Shown here: piece after piece, positions 19,125 to 29,368 of the stretch
Position numbering within the stretch: the stretch's first letter is position 1
How the letters are laid out: each line of letters starts with the position of its first letter
Origin: Roseovarius sp.
GTDB taxonomy: Bacteria; Pseudomonadota; Alphaproteobacteria; Rhodobacterales; Rhodobacteraceae
DNA: 64,000 nucleotides
Assembly: GCF_965277045.1 (NCBI RefSeq)
Contig: NZ_OZ255712.1
Location: forward strand, 847,340-911,339
Direction: 5' to 3'
Position numbers and translations under genes: made by a program
The notes under the pieces: generated by a model
What the model was told of the DNA's origin: nothing
Database searches by the model: none
What the model saw: only the letters and a program-made list of their open reading frames with translations

Positions 19125-20570
19125 ATGGTGGATTTTCGCCCGGTTGGATATGTGATTGGCCTGACGGTCATGGCGCTGGGCCTGGCGATGGTCCTGCCCA
19201 TGATGGTGGATATCGCGGAAGGGCGCGGCCACTGGCAGGTTTTCGCGGAAAGCGCGATCCTGACGGTCCTGGTCGGCGGCCTTGTGGCGCTGTCGTGCAG
19301 AAACGGCGTGCGCGAAGGCCTGACCATTCAGCAGACATTCCTTCTGACGACCGGGGTCTGGGTGATCCTGCCGATCTTCGGCGCGATGCCGTTCATGTTC
19401 GGGGCCACCAATTCGAGCCTGGTGGATGGTTTCTTCGAGGCGATGTCGGGCCTCACGACGACCGGCTCGACGGTTCTGTCGGGGCTGGACACGCTGCCGA
19501 AGGGGCTGAACCTGTGGCGCGGTATCCTGCAATGGTTGGGGGGGATCGGTATCGTCATCGTGGCGATGGTGTTCCTGCCCGAATTGCGGGTCGGCGGGAT
19601 GCAGATCTTCCGCTCGGAAGCGTTCGACACGATGGGAAAGATCCTGCCGCGCGCGACCGAGATCGCCTCGCGCATCTCGGTGATCTACCTCGGGCTGACG
19701 CTGGCCTGTACGGCCTGCTACATGATGACGGGGATGAACGCGTTCGACGCCACCATGCACGCGCTGACGACGGTGTCGACGGGCGGCTTTTCGTCCTATG
19801 ACGCGTCCTTCGGCACCTTCCAGGGGCCGGCGGAATGGGTGGCGACGGCGTTCATGATCCTCGCGGCGCTGCCCTTCGTGCGTTACGTGCAATTGCTGGG
19901 CGGCAGCAACGTGCTGTTGAAGGACAGCCAGGTCCGGGCCTTCCTGATGACCATCGGTGTCCTGATCGTGGGCACCGCCGTCATCCTGATGTCGATTTTT
20001 CCGCACCATCCCGAACAGGCGCTGCGCGAGGCGGCGTTCAACATCACCTCGATCATCAGCGGCACAGGCTATGCCAGCGTGGATTACATGGAATGGGGGA
20101 CCTTCCTGATCGCGGTGTTCTTTTTCCTTGGCCTGATCGGGGGCTGCGCCGGGTCGACCAGCTGTTCGATCAAGATCTTCCGCTACCAGTTGCTGTTCGC
20201 CTCGGTCAGGGCGCAGTTGCAGCGGATCTATTCGCCGCATGGCGTGTTCACGCCGCGCTATGACGGCCGGCCGATTTCCGAGGACGTGCTAAGCTCGGTC
20301 ATGTCCTTTTTCGTCTTCTTCGTCGTCACGCTGGGGCTGGTGGCCGTGGCGCTTGGGATGACGGGACTGGATTTCACCACGTCGGTATCCGGGGCCGCGA
20401 CGGCAGTGGCCAATATCGGCCCGGGGCTGGGGGAGGTGATCGGGCCTTCGGGGAACTTCCAGCCGCTCAACGACACGGCCAAGTGGATCCTGATCGCCGC
20501 GATGCTGATCGGGCGGCTTGAGATGCTGGCCGTCTACGCCATTTTCACACTGTCATTCTGGAGAGCCTGA
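19125..20570 (+). CDS. trkH: TrkH/TrkG potassium uptake membrane protein
   Basis: FFEAMSGLTTTGST, WLGGIGI, VSTGGFS, IGGCAGSTSCSIK, NIGPG, GRLE. Confidence 0.95.
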   Translation: MVDFRPVGYVIGLTVMALGLAMVLPMMVDIAEGRGHWQVFAESAILTVLVGGLVALSCRNGVREGLTIQQTFLLTTGVWVILPIFGAMPFMFGATNSSLVDGFFEAMSGLTTTGSTVLSGLDTLPKGLNLWRGILQWLGGIGIVIVAMVFLPELRVGGMQIFRSEAFDTMGKILPRATEIASRISVIYLGLTLACTACYMMTGMNAFDATMHALTTVSTGGFSSYDASFGTFQGPAEWVATAFMILAALPFVRYVQLLGGSNVLLKDSQVRAFLMTIGVLIVGTAVILMSIFPHHPEQALREAAFNITSIISGTGYASVDYMEWGTFLIAVFFFLGLIGGCAGSTSCSIKIFRYQLLFASVRAQLQRIYSPHGVFTPRYDGRPISEDVLSSVMSFFVFFVVTLGLVAVALGMTGLDFTTSVSGAATAVANIGPGLGEVIGPSGNFQPLNDTAKWILIAAMLIGRLEMLAVYAIFTLSFWRA

Positions 20571-22153
20571 TGACCCAACGACCGCTCGGTGCGCAGATAT
20601 CCCACATGTTGAAGGCCCGCGGGGTCGACGTGATCTTCGGCATTCCCGGCGTGCATAACGTGGAGATGTATCGCGGCATCGAGGAGGCCGGCATCCGCCA
20701 CGTGCTGGCGCGGCACGAGCAGGGGGCGGGGTTCATGGCCGACGGCTATGCCCGGGCGTCGGGCAAGCCGGGGGTGGCCTATGTGATCACCGGGCCGGGG
20801 CTGACCAACGTGATGACGCCGATGGGGCAGGCCTATTCGGACAGCGTGCCGATGCTGGTGATCTCGAGCTGCCTTGACGAGACGGCGGCGCGGCGCGGGC
20901 AGTTGCACCAGATGATCGACCAGGAAGGTGCGGCGCGCTGCATCTGCGACTGGAGCTTTGAGGTGAAATCGGCCGGGGCGACCTATGGTCTGATCGAGCG
21001 GGCGTTCAACGAGTTTTCCACCGCGCGGCCGCGCACCAAGCATCTGCAGGTGCCGATCGCCCTGGGAGGCAGCCTGGCCGACGCGGCGCCGGTCCCGGTG
21101 GAGACGCGGGCGAAACGGCCCGTCGCACGCCCCGAGGACGTGGCGGCTGTGGCGGACGCGCTGCAGCGGGCGAAAACGCCGATGATCCTCTTCGGCGGCG
21201 GCAGCGTCGGGGCAGGGGCGGCAGCCCGGGCGGTGGTCGAGCGCAGCGGAGCCGCGACGATGACCACCTATGCCGGGCGGGGCGTGGTCGGCGCAGACCT
21301 GGCCCTGGATTTCGGGGCCTATCTCGCCCGGCCGGACAGCGCCGACGTTCTGGCACGGGCGGACCTGGTACTGGTCGTGGGCTCGGAACTGTCCGAGATT
21401 GACCTGTGGCGGGACGAATTGGGCCACAAGGGCCGCATGATCCGGGTGGATATCGACCCGGTGGAGCTGGAGCACCCGCGGGCCGAGCTGTGCATCCTTT
21501 CGGACGCGGGCGCCTTCCTGGAGGCGCTGGCAGACAGCCTGCCCGAGCAGGCCGAGCCGAAATGGAACGCCGCGGACGTGACCGCCACCAAGGCCCGCTG
21601 GCGGATCGAGGTGGAGGCCGAGCGGCCCGGTATCGTTCCGGTGGTCGACGCGCTGCGCGATGCCTGTCCGGCGGAGACGATGATCTATTCGGACATGACG
21701 CAATTCGCCTATGCCGCCAAGGAGGTCTGGCCGATGGACCGGCCGGGTCACTGGCATCACCCGTTCGGCTATGGCACCTTGGGCTACGGGATGCCTGCCG
21801 CCATCGGCGGGGCGATCGCGCGGGAGGGCAAGCCGACCCTGGCGATCTGTGGCGACAGCGGGTTTCAATACACCTTGCAGGAGCTGGGCACGGCGGTCGA
21901 ACACGGCCTGCCATTGCCGATCATCCTGTGGGACAACGGCAAATTGAAAGAGATCGAGGACGCGATGATCCGGTCCCAGATCGCGCCCAACGCGGTGGTC
22001 GCGCGCAACCCGGATTTCTGTGCCCTGGCGCAGGCCTATGGCGCTCACGCGGTGCAGCCCGGCAGCCTGGAGGACATGGGGCGGGCGGTGCGCGGGGCGT
22101 TCGACGCGGACCGCCCGACGCTGATTCACGTCATGGCCGGGATCGGGGACTGA
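20570..22153 (+). CDS. Thiamine diphosphate-dependent enzyme (5-guanidino-2-oxopentanoate decarboxylase/AruI-like)
   Basis: IFGIPGVH, ARHEQGAGFMADGYAR, ITGPGLTN, ThDP motif CGDSG...WDN; overlaps the trkH stop. Confidence 0.85.
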   Translation: MTQRPLGAQISHMLKARGVDVIFGIPGVHNVEMYRGIEEAGIRHVLARHEQGAGFMADGYARASGKPGVAYVITGPGLTNVMTPMGQAYSDSVPMLVISSCLDETAARRGQLHQMIDQEGAARCICDWSFEVKSAGATYGLIERAFNEFSTARPRTKHLQVPIALGGSLADAAPVPVETRAKRPVARPEDVAAVADALQRAKTPMILFGGGSVGAGAAARAVVERSGAATMTTYAGRGVVGADLALDFGAYLARPDSADVLARADLVLVVGSELSEIDLWRDELGHKGRMIRVDIDPVELEHPRAELCILSDAGAFLEALADSLPEQAEPKWNAADVTATKARWRIEVEAERPGIVPVVDALRDACPAETMIYSDMTQFAYAAKEVWPMDRPGHWHHPFGYGTLGYGMPAAIGGAIAREGKPTLAICGDSGFQYTLQELGTAVEHGLPLPIILWDNGKLKEIEDAMIRSQIAPNAVVARNPDFCALAQAYGAHAVQPGSLEDMGRAVRGAFDADRPTLIHVMAGIGD

Positions 22154-22247
22154 CGGCGGGCGGCGCGTATGTCGGGGTCTTTGAAAGCGCGGCGCATCCC
22201 GGGGTTTCATCAGTTCTCGAAGACCCAGGTCGCGGGGTCCGCCACGC

Positions 22248-22544
22248 TCAATAGACGTCGTTATAGGGGCTGTAGCTGACGATATAGGCCGGGCAGCCGG
22301 GGCGGGCGGTGTTGATGATCAGGTACCAGACAACCTCGCCGCCGCGGCCCGCGCGGGAGTATTCGCAGCCCTTGGGGTGGGTCCACCATTGCCCCTGGTG
22401 GTTCAGCGCGGGAGCGGCCCCGCCATCGCGGGCGAGGTGCAAGGAGGCCGCGACATCCGCTGACAGGTCGGCCTGGGCGATCGTGGCGGTCGTGGCGAAG
22501 GAAAAGCCGAGCGCGAGCGCGCCAAGAACGGTTGATTTGAACAT
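22248..22544 (-). CDS. Small exported hypothetical protein (two Cys)
   Basis: Signal peptide ending AQA; QWWTHPKGCEYSRAG...WYLIIN...GCP. Confidence 0.7.
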   Translation of the reverse strand: MFKSTVLGALALGFSFATTATIAQADLSADVAASLHLARDGGAAPALNHQGQWWTHPKGCEYSRAGRGGEVVWYLIINTARPGCPAYIVSYSPYNDVY

Positions 22545-22689
22545 GTCGATCCACTCCGGTTGACGGGCCGCATCGTGCGGCCGTGGCCCCACACCACCTG
22601 ACGCGTGGTATCGGGGCCGCCGGTGGCCCGCCTTTGGCCGGAATGTGGCGTCAAGGCGAGCTTCGTGATCGGTTTTAAGAGGTTTTTCG

Positions 22690-24453
22690 TTATTCCCAGC
22701 AGCTGACCAGCACGGTCATGCCGGAGACGCGTTCCGACAGGCTCTCGGGCGGCATCTGGCCGTCGCCGTTGGTCGCCGAGGGGGTGACGCCGGCCTGCTC
22801 CAGCACCCGGCGTATCGTTTCGGCATTGGCGGCAAAGCTGACGCCTTCGGGCAGTTGCCGCGTGCCGGTGTCGTGGGGCAGCAACATACCGACCACGGCG
22901 CCGCCCGCATCGACGACGGGGCCGCCGGCGTCGCCGTCCAGCGCGTTGAGCGCCAGGCGCTTCATTTCGCGCTCGCCGTTGAGACCCTGCACGTCGGCCA
23001 GCTGGCCGAACGTGACCGAGGGTGCACCCAGAACGCCGCCGTAGGAATAGCCCGCCACGGCCACGTCCGATTGCAGGCGCGGCGCGTTTTGCTGAAACGC
23101 GGCCACGGCCAGCGGTGCCAGCGGCGTGCGCGGGCGCAGCACGGCGATGCCGGTGTCGTCGTTGGCGGTCTGGATCTCGGCCTCGATGGTTTCGTCCAGG
23201 GTGATGCGGCCGCAGGAAGCGACGACCTCAGAGGTGGTCACGACGGTGCCGGACCGATCGACGTAGAAGCCCGAGCGCGAGAGCTTGGGCGTGCGGATTT
23301 CAAGTCCGGCGACCAGGTTGATGCTCTGGACCTCGTTGCTGCCCGCGGCGGGGTCGAGCACGGTGTCGAGGCGCGAGAAGCTTTCCTGCATTTCGCCCAG
23401 CATCCGGGTGCGGCGTTCCTCGTCGCCGGCGGGCCAGACCAGGGTGAACCCCTTGATCTGGCCATCGCGAAGCCATGCCTGGGTGTGCGAGATGGTATAG
23501 GCGCTCTCGCCGATCAGGGTGAAGGCGTCGCCGTCGAGATTGCGCGGGCCGGTCTGGGGCACGATTTCAAGCGTCTGCATGATGTCGAAGAGGCCCGCCA
23601 GCGTGGCGCGGTCGCCTTCCTGGCTGATCAGCAGTACCTTGGCGTCGATGTCGCCGGTGGCGTCGTAATGGGCGAAAGGCGGCTCGTACTTGGCGAACTC
23701 CACCACGCCGGTGGGCAGTTTCATGGCGATACCGGCCCCGGTGTCGCGCACGACGCGCAGGTCGAGCCCTTCGAGCACGGCGTTGTACTGACGGAACAGT
23801 TCGGCGCGTTGACGGGTCGTCAGAACGCCGGTTGCCTCGAAATTGTTGGCCTCCTGCCAGCGGGCCATGGAGCCCCGCGTGCCGCGCCCGAAAGCCGCGT
23901 CGATCGCGCCGCCGTAGAAGCCGGCCCATTTCAGGGCTTCCTGCAATGCGGCGCGTTCCTCGCGGGTCAGCAAGGCCTCGCCGGCGCGGGCCTCGCGGAC
24001 GGTTTCATCCGAGGCTTCGGGCTGCGGCTGTGGCTGGGGATCGGTCTGCACCGTGTCCTGGTCGCCGGTGCCCGTCGTAGCATCCTCGGTGTCTTCGGCG
24101 ACCTGCCGGGTGGGACGGTTCAGCACGTTCGCGCCCACGGGCCAGAACTGACGCTGGTACTCGCTCTCTTCGGCAATGTAGCTGTCACGGGGGATGAGCC
24201 TGGCCGAGCGCAGGTTGCGCAGGATCGTGTTGGCATCCGCTTCGCTGTAGGGGCCGAGGGCGATGCCGTACCAGCCGCCGCCCAGAGCAAAGCCGTTCAC
24301 GTCCTGCATCTGTCCGGCGTATCGGCGCAGGCTGGCCTCGGCCTGGGCAAGGCTGGGTTGCGCCTCGATCTGGATGAAGACCTGGGCCTTGGCGGCGACC
24401 GGCGCCACAAGGGCGACGGCCAGGAATACGAAGGTAAGAAAGATGCGCGACAT
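22690..24453 (-). CDS. Secreted SPOR + PG-binding + trypsin-like multidomain protein, predicted catalytically inactive
   Basis: Signal peptide; VFIQIEA... SPOR-like region; LQEALKWAGFYGGAIDAAFGRGTR PG-binding; trypsin fold with TTSEVV and GDAGGP. Confidence 0.85.
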   Translation of the reverse strand: MSRIFLTFVFLAVALVAPVAAKAQVFIQIEAQPSLAQAEASLRRYAGQMQDVNGFALGGGWYGIALGPYSEADANTILRNLRSARLIPRDSYIAEESEYQRQFWPVGANVLNRPTRQVAEDTEDATTGTGDQDTVQTDPQPQPQPEASDETVREARAGEALLTREERAALQEALKWAGFYGGAIDAAFGRGTRGSMARWQEANNFEATGVLTTRQRAELFRQYNAVLEGLDLRVVRDTGAGIAMKLPTGVVEFAKYEPPFAHYDATGDIDAKVLLISQEGDRATLAGLFDIMQTLEIVPQTGPRNLDGDAFTLIGESAYTISHTQAWLRDGQIKGFTLVWPAGDEERRTRMLGEMQESFSRLDTVLDPAAGSNEVQSINLVAGLEIRTPKLSRSGFYVDRSGTVVTTSEVVASCGRITLDETIEAEIQTANDDTGIAVLRPRTPLAPLAVAAFQQNAPRLQSDVAVAGYSYGGVLGAPSVTFGQLADVQGLNGEREMKRLALNALDGDAGGPVVDAGGAVVGMLLPHDTGTRQLPEGVSFAANAETIRRVLEQAGVTPSATNGDGQMPPESLSERVSGMTVLVSCWE

Positions 24454-24549
24454 GTACGTCCCTTGCCGAGTTCGGTGTTGTTTCTGCTCTTCCCCGCTTT
24501 TTACCAAATCTGCGGGCGCGTGCATCCTAAATATGGCCTTTCAGGGCAA

Positions 24550-24578
24550 TTGACCCTTGGGTGAGAGCGCCGTAGGGA
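24550..24578 (+). promoter_or_regulatory. Sigma70-type promoter for glyQ
   Basis: TTGACC - 17 nt - TAGGGA. Confidence 0.5.
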
Positions 24579-24617
24579 AGGGCCGAGCATCACGAGGGGC
24601 GACCCGGAGGACATTCC

Positions 24618-25547
24618 ATGAGCGACAGCACCGGCAAACCGCGGTCATTCCAGGACATCATCCTGCGTTTGCAGGCCTACTGGGCCGCGCAGGGCTGCGC
24701 GGTGATGCAGCCCTACGACATGGAAGTGGGGGCGGGCACGTTCCACCCGGCGACGACCTTGCGTTCGCTGGGGGCGCGGCCGTGGTCGGCGGCCTACGTG
24801 CAACCGTCGCGCCGGCCCACGGACGGGCGTTACGGCGACAGTCCGAACCGCTGGCAGCACTATTACCAGTACCAGGTCATCATCAAGCCGAGCCCCGCGA
24901 ACCTGCAACAGATCTACCTGGGCTCGCTGGAAGCGATCGGCATCGACATGGACCTGCACGACATCCGCTTTGTCGAGGACGACTGGGAGAGCCCGACGCT
25001 GGGCGCCTGGGGCCTGGGATGGGAAGTGTGGTGCGACGGGATGGAGGTGAGCCAGTTCACCTACTTCCAGCAGGTGGGCGGGCATGACTGCGCGCCGGTG
25101 TCGGGTGAGCTGACCTACGGGCTGGAACGGCTGGCGATGTACGTGCTGGGCTATGACGACGGCAACGAGATGCCGTTCAACGACCCCCACGCGCCGATCC
25201 CGCTGACCTATGGCGACGTCTTCCGCGAGGCCGAGGCGCAATATGCGCGCTGGAACTTCGACGTGGCCGACACCGACATGCTGTTGCAGCATTTCATCGA
25301 CGCGGAGCAGGAATGCGAGCGTATCCTGGACCAGCCCGAGACCGACCCCAAGACCGGCCGTCGGATCGTGATGGCGCTGCCGGCCTATGACCAGTGCATC
25401 AAGGCGAGCCACATCTTCAACCTTCTGGACGCGCGCGGGGTGATCAGCGTGACCGAGCGGCAGGCCTATATCGGCCGGGTGCGGGCGCTGGCGAAGAAAT
25501 GCGCCGACGCCTACGTTCTGACGGCCGATGCCGGGTATGCCGCGTGA
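24618..25547 (+). CDS. glyQ: Glycine--tRNA ligase alpha subunit
   Basis: [50 protein letters not shown]. Confidence 0.97.
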   Translation: MSDSTGKPRSFQDIILRLQAYWAAQGCAVMQPYDMEVGAGTFHPATTLRSLGARPWSAAYVQPSRRPTDGRYGDSPNRWQHYYQYQVIIKPSPANLQQIYLGSLEAIGIDMDLHDIRFVEDDWESPTLGAWGLGWEVWCDGMEVSQFTYFQQVGGHDCAPVSGELTYGLERLAMYVLGYDDGNEMPFNDPHAPIPLTYGDVFREAEAQYARWNFDVADTDMLLQHFIDAEQECERILDQPETDPKTGRRIVMALPAYDQCIKASHIFNLLDARGVISVTERQAYIGRVRALAKKCADAYVLTADAGYAA

Positions 25548-25569
25548 CGTTGCGCGAAAGGGGCGACTG

Positions 25570-26100
25570 ATGGGCAAGGTTATCGGGATCGGGATCGTCA
25601 TGATCGCACTTCTGGCCGGGGCGGCCATGTATTACCTGCAGGTCTACCATTTCTACGAACCGGTGGAGGCGACCGGCACCGACGACGTGCGGTTGGTCAA
25701 CCTCGTCACCGGCGCGCCCGAGCCGGTGCGTTACGAGGATTTCCAGGCCATCGACGCCGCCAGCAGCCCGATCCGCTATCGCGCCTGTTTCACCACCGAG
25801 ATGAGCCAGGCGATGCTGACCGAGACCTACGAGATGTACGAGGGCGCAGAGCCGCTGACCGCGCCGGGGTGGTTTGACTGTTTCGATGCCGAGGCGATTG
25901 CCGAGGAACTGGAGGCCGGCACCGCGCTGGCCTTTCTGGGCGAGAAGAACATCCATTACGGGATCGACCGCATCGTCGTCGTCGCCGAGGACGGGCGCGG
26001 CTATGCCTGGCACGAGCTGAACGAATGCGGCGACAAGGCCTATGACGGCACTGTCGTGGGCGAGGAATGCCCGCCGCGTGAAGATAATCCAGAAGATTAA
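25570..26100 (+). CDS. Conserved Rhodobacteraceae protein (DUF6446-like)
   Basis: N-terminal TM then YLQVYHFY, SSPIRYRACF, APGWFDCFD, HYGIDR, YAWHELNECG. Confidence 0.75.
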   Translation: MGKVIGIGIVMIALLAGAAMYYLQVYHFYEPVEATGTDDVRLVNLVTGAPEPVRYEDFQAIDAASSPIRYRACFTTEMSQAMLTETYEMYEGAEPLTAPGWFDCFDAEAIAEELEAGTALAFLGEKNIHYGIDRIVVVAEDGRGYAWHELNECGDKAYDGTVVGEECPPREDNPED

Positions 26101-26126
26101 GGAACTTTAGACCGGCTTCGCACGCT
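26101..26126 (+). promoter_or_regulatory. EcfG-type promoter for the DUF1206 gene
   Basis: GGAAC (26101-05) - 17 nt - CGCT (26123-26), one mismatch. Confidence 0.5.
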
Positions 26127-26162
26127 GTCCCACCAATGCCCACACGCAGCGGAGGACGCGCC

Positions 26163-27035
26163 ATGGCCGATCAGAGAGCACCCGACTGGGTCATTCCGAT
26201 GATGCGGGCGGGGTATTCCGCAAGAGGGCTGGTTTACCTTATCCTCGGCGGGCTGACGATGTCCGCCGCCCTGTGGGGTGGCAACGCCGAAGGAACCAAG
26301 GGCGCGCTGCAGACGCTGCGCGATGCGCCGTTTGGGCAGATCCTGCTGTGGCTCGTGGCGCTGGGGTTCGTGTGCTACGGCATCTGGCGCTTTATCGCGG
26401 CCTATTTCGACCTTGAAAATCGCGGCGACGAGGAAAAGGGCCTGTTCCAGCGGCTTGCGCTGGTGGTGACCGGGCTGATCCACGTGGGCCTCGGGTTCGC
26501 GATGGCGTCAGTGGCGCTGGGGGTCGGCGGCAGTTCCGGCGGTGGCGGCGCGTCCGACTGGACGGCGAAGGTCCTGCAGATGCCCGGCGGGAAATGGATC
26601 GTGGGCGCTGCGGCCCTCGGCATTCTGGGCGCGGGCATCCACTATGTGATCAAGGGCTGGAAGAAGAAGTACAAGCGTTACATCCAGAACAACGAGAAGA
26701 CGCAGAAGCTGGAGCCGCTGTTGCGCTGGGGTTTTGTGAGCTATGGCATCGTCCTGGCCATCGTGGGCATGTTCCTTTGCCTTGCAGCGATGAATTCCGA
26801 TCCGTCCTCGGCCATGGGGATCGGCGGCGCGCTGGACTACATCCGCGGCATGACCGGCGGGCAGGTCGTGCTGGGCGTGATAGCGCTGGGCATTATCGGC
26901 TTTGGCATCGAGAACTTCGTCGAGGCGCGCTATCGCATCGTGCCGGGCGTGGGCCACAGCAGCGACATTCAAAGCATGGCGCAGGCCGCCAAGGCGAAGG
27001 CCAAGTCCACGGCGCGGACCGCTGCCGCCAGCTAA
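26163..27035 (+). CDS. DUF1206 membrane protein
   Basis: Three repeats of the type RAGYSARGLVY / RLALVVTGLIH / RWGFVSYGIV, each followed by LxxxPxGxxLL; SD GGAGG upstream of ATG 26163. Confidence 0.85.
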   Translation: MADQRAPDWVIPMMRAGYSARGLVYLILGGLTMSAALWGGNAEGTKGALQTLRDAPFGQILLWLVALGFVCYGIWRFIAAYFDLENRGDEEKGLFQRLALVVTGLIHVGLGFAMASVALGVGGSSGGGGASDWTAKVLQMPGGKWIVGAAALGILGAGIHYVIKGWKKKYKRYIQNNEKTQKLEPLLRWGFVSYGIVLAIVGMFLCLAAMNSDPSSAMGIGGALDYIRGMTGGQVVLGVIALGIIGFGIENFVEARYRIVPGVGHSSDIQSMAQAAKAKAKSTARTAAAS

Positions 27036-27113
27036 TTGCCGTCAATCGGCTTGCCGCGCCGCGGCAGGCCCGTTAAGCACCGGGACGTTGACCCAAGACG
27101 TTCCGGTGACATC

Positions 27114-29282
27114 ATGCCCGACCTTCTGATCGAACTTTTCTCCGAGGAAATCCCGGCCCGGATGCAGGCGCGGGCCTGCGAGGACCTGAAAAAGCGGATG
27201 ACCGACGGGCTGGTCGAGGCCGGCCTGACCTATGCGGGGGCCGCGGCCTTTGCCACGCCCCGGCGGCTGACACTGGCGCTGGAAGGGCTGTTGTCCGAGA
27301 GCCCGACCTTGCGCGAAGAGCGCAAGGGGCCGCGCGTCGATGCGCCGGAAAAGGCGATCGAGGGCTTCCTGCGCGGTGCGGGCGTGGCGCGCGACACGCT
27401 TGAAGTCCGCGATGAAAAGAAGGGTCAGGTCTATTTCGCGACCATCACCAAGCCGGGCCGCCCGGCGGCCGAGATCGTCGCCGAGGTGCTGGACGACACG
27501 ATCCGCAACTTCCCGTGGCCCAAGTCGATGCGGTGGGGCGCGGGCAGCCTGCGCTGGGTGCGGCCCTTGCATTCCATCCTGTGCATCCTGACCGACGACG
27601 CGGGCGAGGCGCAGGTCGTGCCGCTGGACGTGGACGGCATCAAGGCGGGCGACAGCACCGAAGGGCACAGGTTCATGGCGCCGGAGCGATTTTCCGTCAC
27701 GTCCTTCGAGGATTACGCGGCGAAGCTGAAGCGCGCCAAGGTCGTGCTGAACCCCGAGGAACGTGCCGGTCATATCTGGCAGGAGGCCACGAACCAAGCC
27801 TTTGCCCGCGGCCTCGAGGTGGTCGAGGACAAGGGGCTGTTGCAGGAGGTCGCGGGGCTGGTGGAATGGCCCGTGCCGCTGATGGGCGGTATCGGGGCCG
27901 AGTTCCTGGACCTGCCGCCCGAGGTGCTGCAATCGTCGATGAAGGAACACCAGAAATTCTTTTCGGTGCGCAACCCCAAGACGGGCCGGATCGAGCAGTT
28001 CGTGACCGTGGCGAACCGCGAAACTGCCGACCAGGGCGCCACGATCCTTGCCGGCAACCAGAAGGTTCTGGCCGCACGGCTGGCAGACGCCAAGTTCTTT
28101 TGGGAGAACGATCTGCGCATTGCGAAAGAGGGCATGGGGCCGTGGCTGGACAGCCTGGAGAACGTCACCTTCCATAACAAGCTGGGCAGCCAGGCCGAGC
28201 GGATCGCGCGGATTGCAGCCCTGGCGCGGGAAATCGCGCCGGTGGTGGGGGCAGATCCCGATCTGGCGGAGCAGGCGGCGCAGGTGGCGAAGGCCGATTT
28301 GAGTTCGGAAATGGTCTACGAGTTCCCCGAATTGCAGGGGATCATGGGGCGGTATTACGCCGCCGAGGCTGGGTTGCCCGAGGATGTGGCGGCGGCCTGC
28401 GAGGAGCATTACGCGCCGCTCGGGCCGTCTGATGCGGTGCCGTCGCGTCTCGTCTCGGTTGCGGTGGCGCTGGCGGACAAGCTGGATACGCTGACGGGGT
28501 TCTGGGCGATTGACGAGAAGCCCACCGGGTCTAAGGATCCTTATGCGCTGCGAAGGGCGGCGTTGGGGGTAATCCGGTTGGTGCTGGAAAACGAGATCAA
28601 GTTAGATCTTCGAGAGACGTTGGTCTCAGGCTTCAAGCCTCAACCTAGCGATTTGATTGACGCGGCGGCTAGAACATCAGTTCCCGAGGCAAAGCTTGCG
28701 GCGACCAAAACCTTTGATGGTAACGAAATTGTCTACGACGAGAAATTGGCAATTCTGTTGGACCTCCTCTCCTTCTTCCACGACCGCCTCAAAGTCTACC
28801 TGCGCGATCAGGGCATCCGCCATGACGTTATCGACGCCTGTATCGCGATGGAGGGCAATGACGATCTGGCTCTGCTGGTCAAGCGGGCGCGGGCCTTGCA
28901 GGACGTGCTTCAGACCGAGGATGGCGAGAACCTGGTGCAGGGGTTCAAGCGGGCGAACAACATCCTGACGCAGGCCGAGGAGAAGGACGGGGTCGAGTAT
29001 TCCTTTGGCGCCGATCCCAAATTTGCCGAGGACGCGACCGAAAAGGCGCTTTTCGCGGCCTTGCAGGATGCGGAGAAAACCATCGCCGCCGCCGGGAAGG
29101 ACGAGGATTTCGCCCGGGCCATGGGCGCAATGGCCGCGCTGCGCGCACCGATCGACGCGTTCTTCGAGGCGGTGCAGATCAATTCCGAGAATGCGATCCT
29201 GCGGCGCAACCGTTTGAACATGCTGCATTCCATCCGCCAGATCTGTCTGCAGGCGGCGGATTTGCGGCGGCTGGAAGGATAG
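27114..29282 (+). CDS. glyS: Glycine--tRNA ligase beta subunit
   Basis: MPDLLIELFSEEIPA, WPKSMRWG, KADLSSEMVYEFPELQG, KPTGSKDPYALRRAALG. Confidence 0.97.
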   Translation: MPDLLIELFSEEIPARMQARACEDLKKRMTDGLVEAGLTYAGAAAFATPRRLTLALEGLLSESPTLREERKGPRVDAPEKAIEGFLRGAGVARDTLEVRDEKKGQVYFATITKPGRPAAEIVAEVLDDTIRNFPWPKSMRWGAGSLRWVRPLHSILCILTDDAGEAQVVPLDVDGIKAGDSTEGHRFMAPERFSVTSFEDYAAKLKRAKVVLNPEERAGHIWQEATNQAFARGLEVVEDKGLLQEVAGLVEWPVPLMGGIGAEFLDLPPEVLQSSMKEHQKFFSVRNPKTGRIEQFVTVANRETADQGATILAGNQKVLAARLADAKFFWENDLRIAKEGMGPWLDSLENVTFHNKLGSQAERIARIAALAREIAPVVGADPDLAEQAAQVAKADLSSEMVYEFPELQGIMGRYYAAEAGLPEDVAAACEEHYAPLGPSDAVPSRLVSVAVALADKLDTLTGFWAIDEKPTGSKDPYALRRAALGVIRLVLENEIKLDLRETLVSGFKPQPSDLIDAAARTSVPEAKLAATKTFDGNEIVYDEKLAILLDLLSFFHDRLKVYLRDQGIRHDVIDACIAMEGNDDLALLVKRARALQDVLQTEDGENLVQGFKRANNILTQAEEKDGVEYSFGADPKFAEDATEKALFAALQDAEKTIAAAGKDEDFARAMGAMAALRAPIDAFFEAVQINSENAILRRNRLNMLHSIRQICLQAADLRRLEG

Positions 29283-29368
29283 TGGGGCAAACCGCAGCGG
29301 TGGACCCGACAGGCCTTGCCTAAAAATTCGGCTTGCGTATTCTGCGGGCCAGAAAAGGAATTGCCGCA

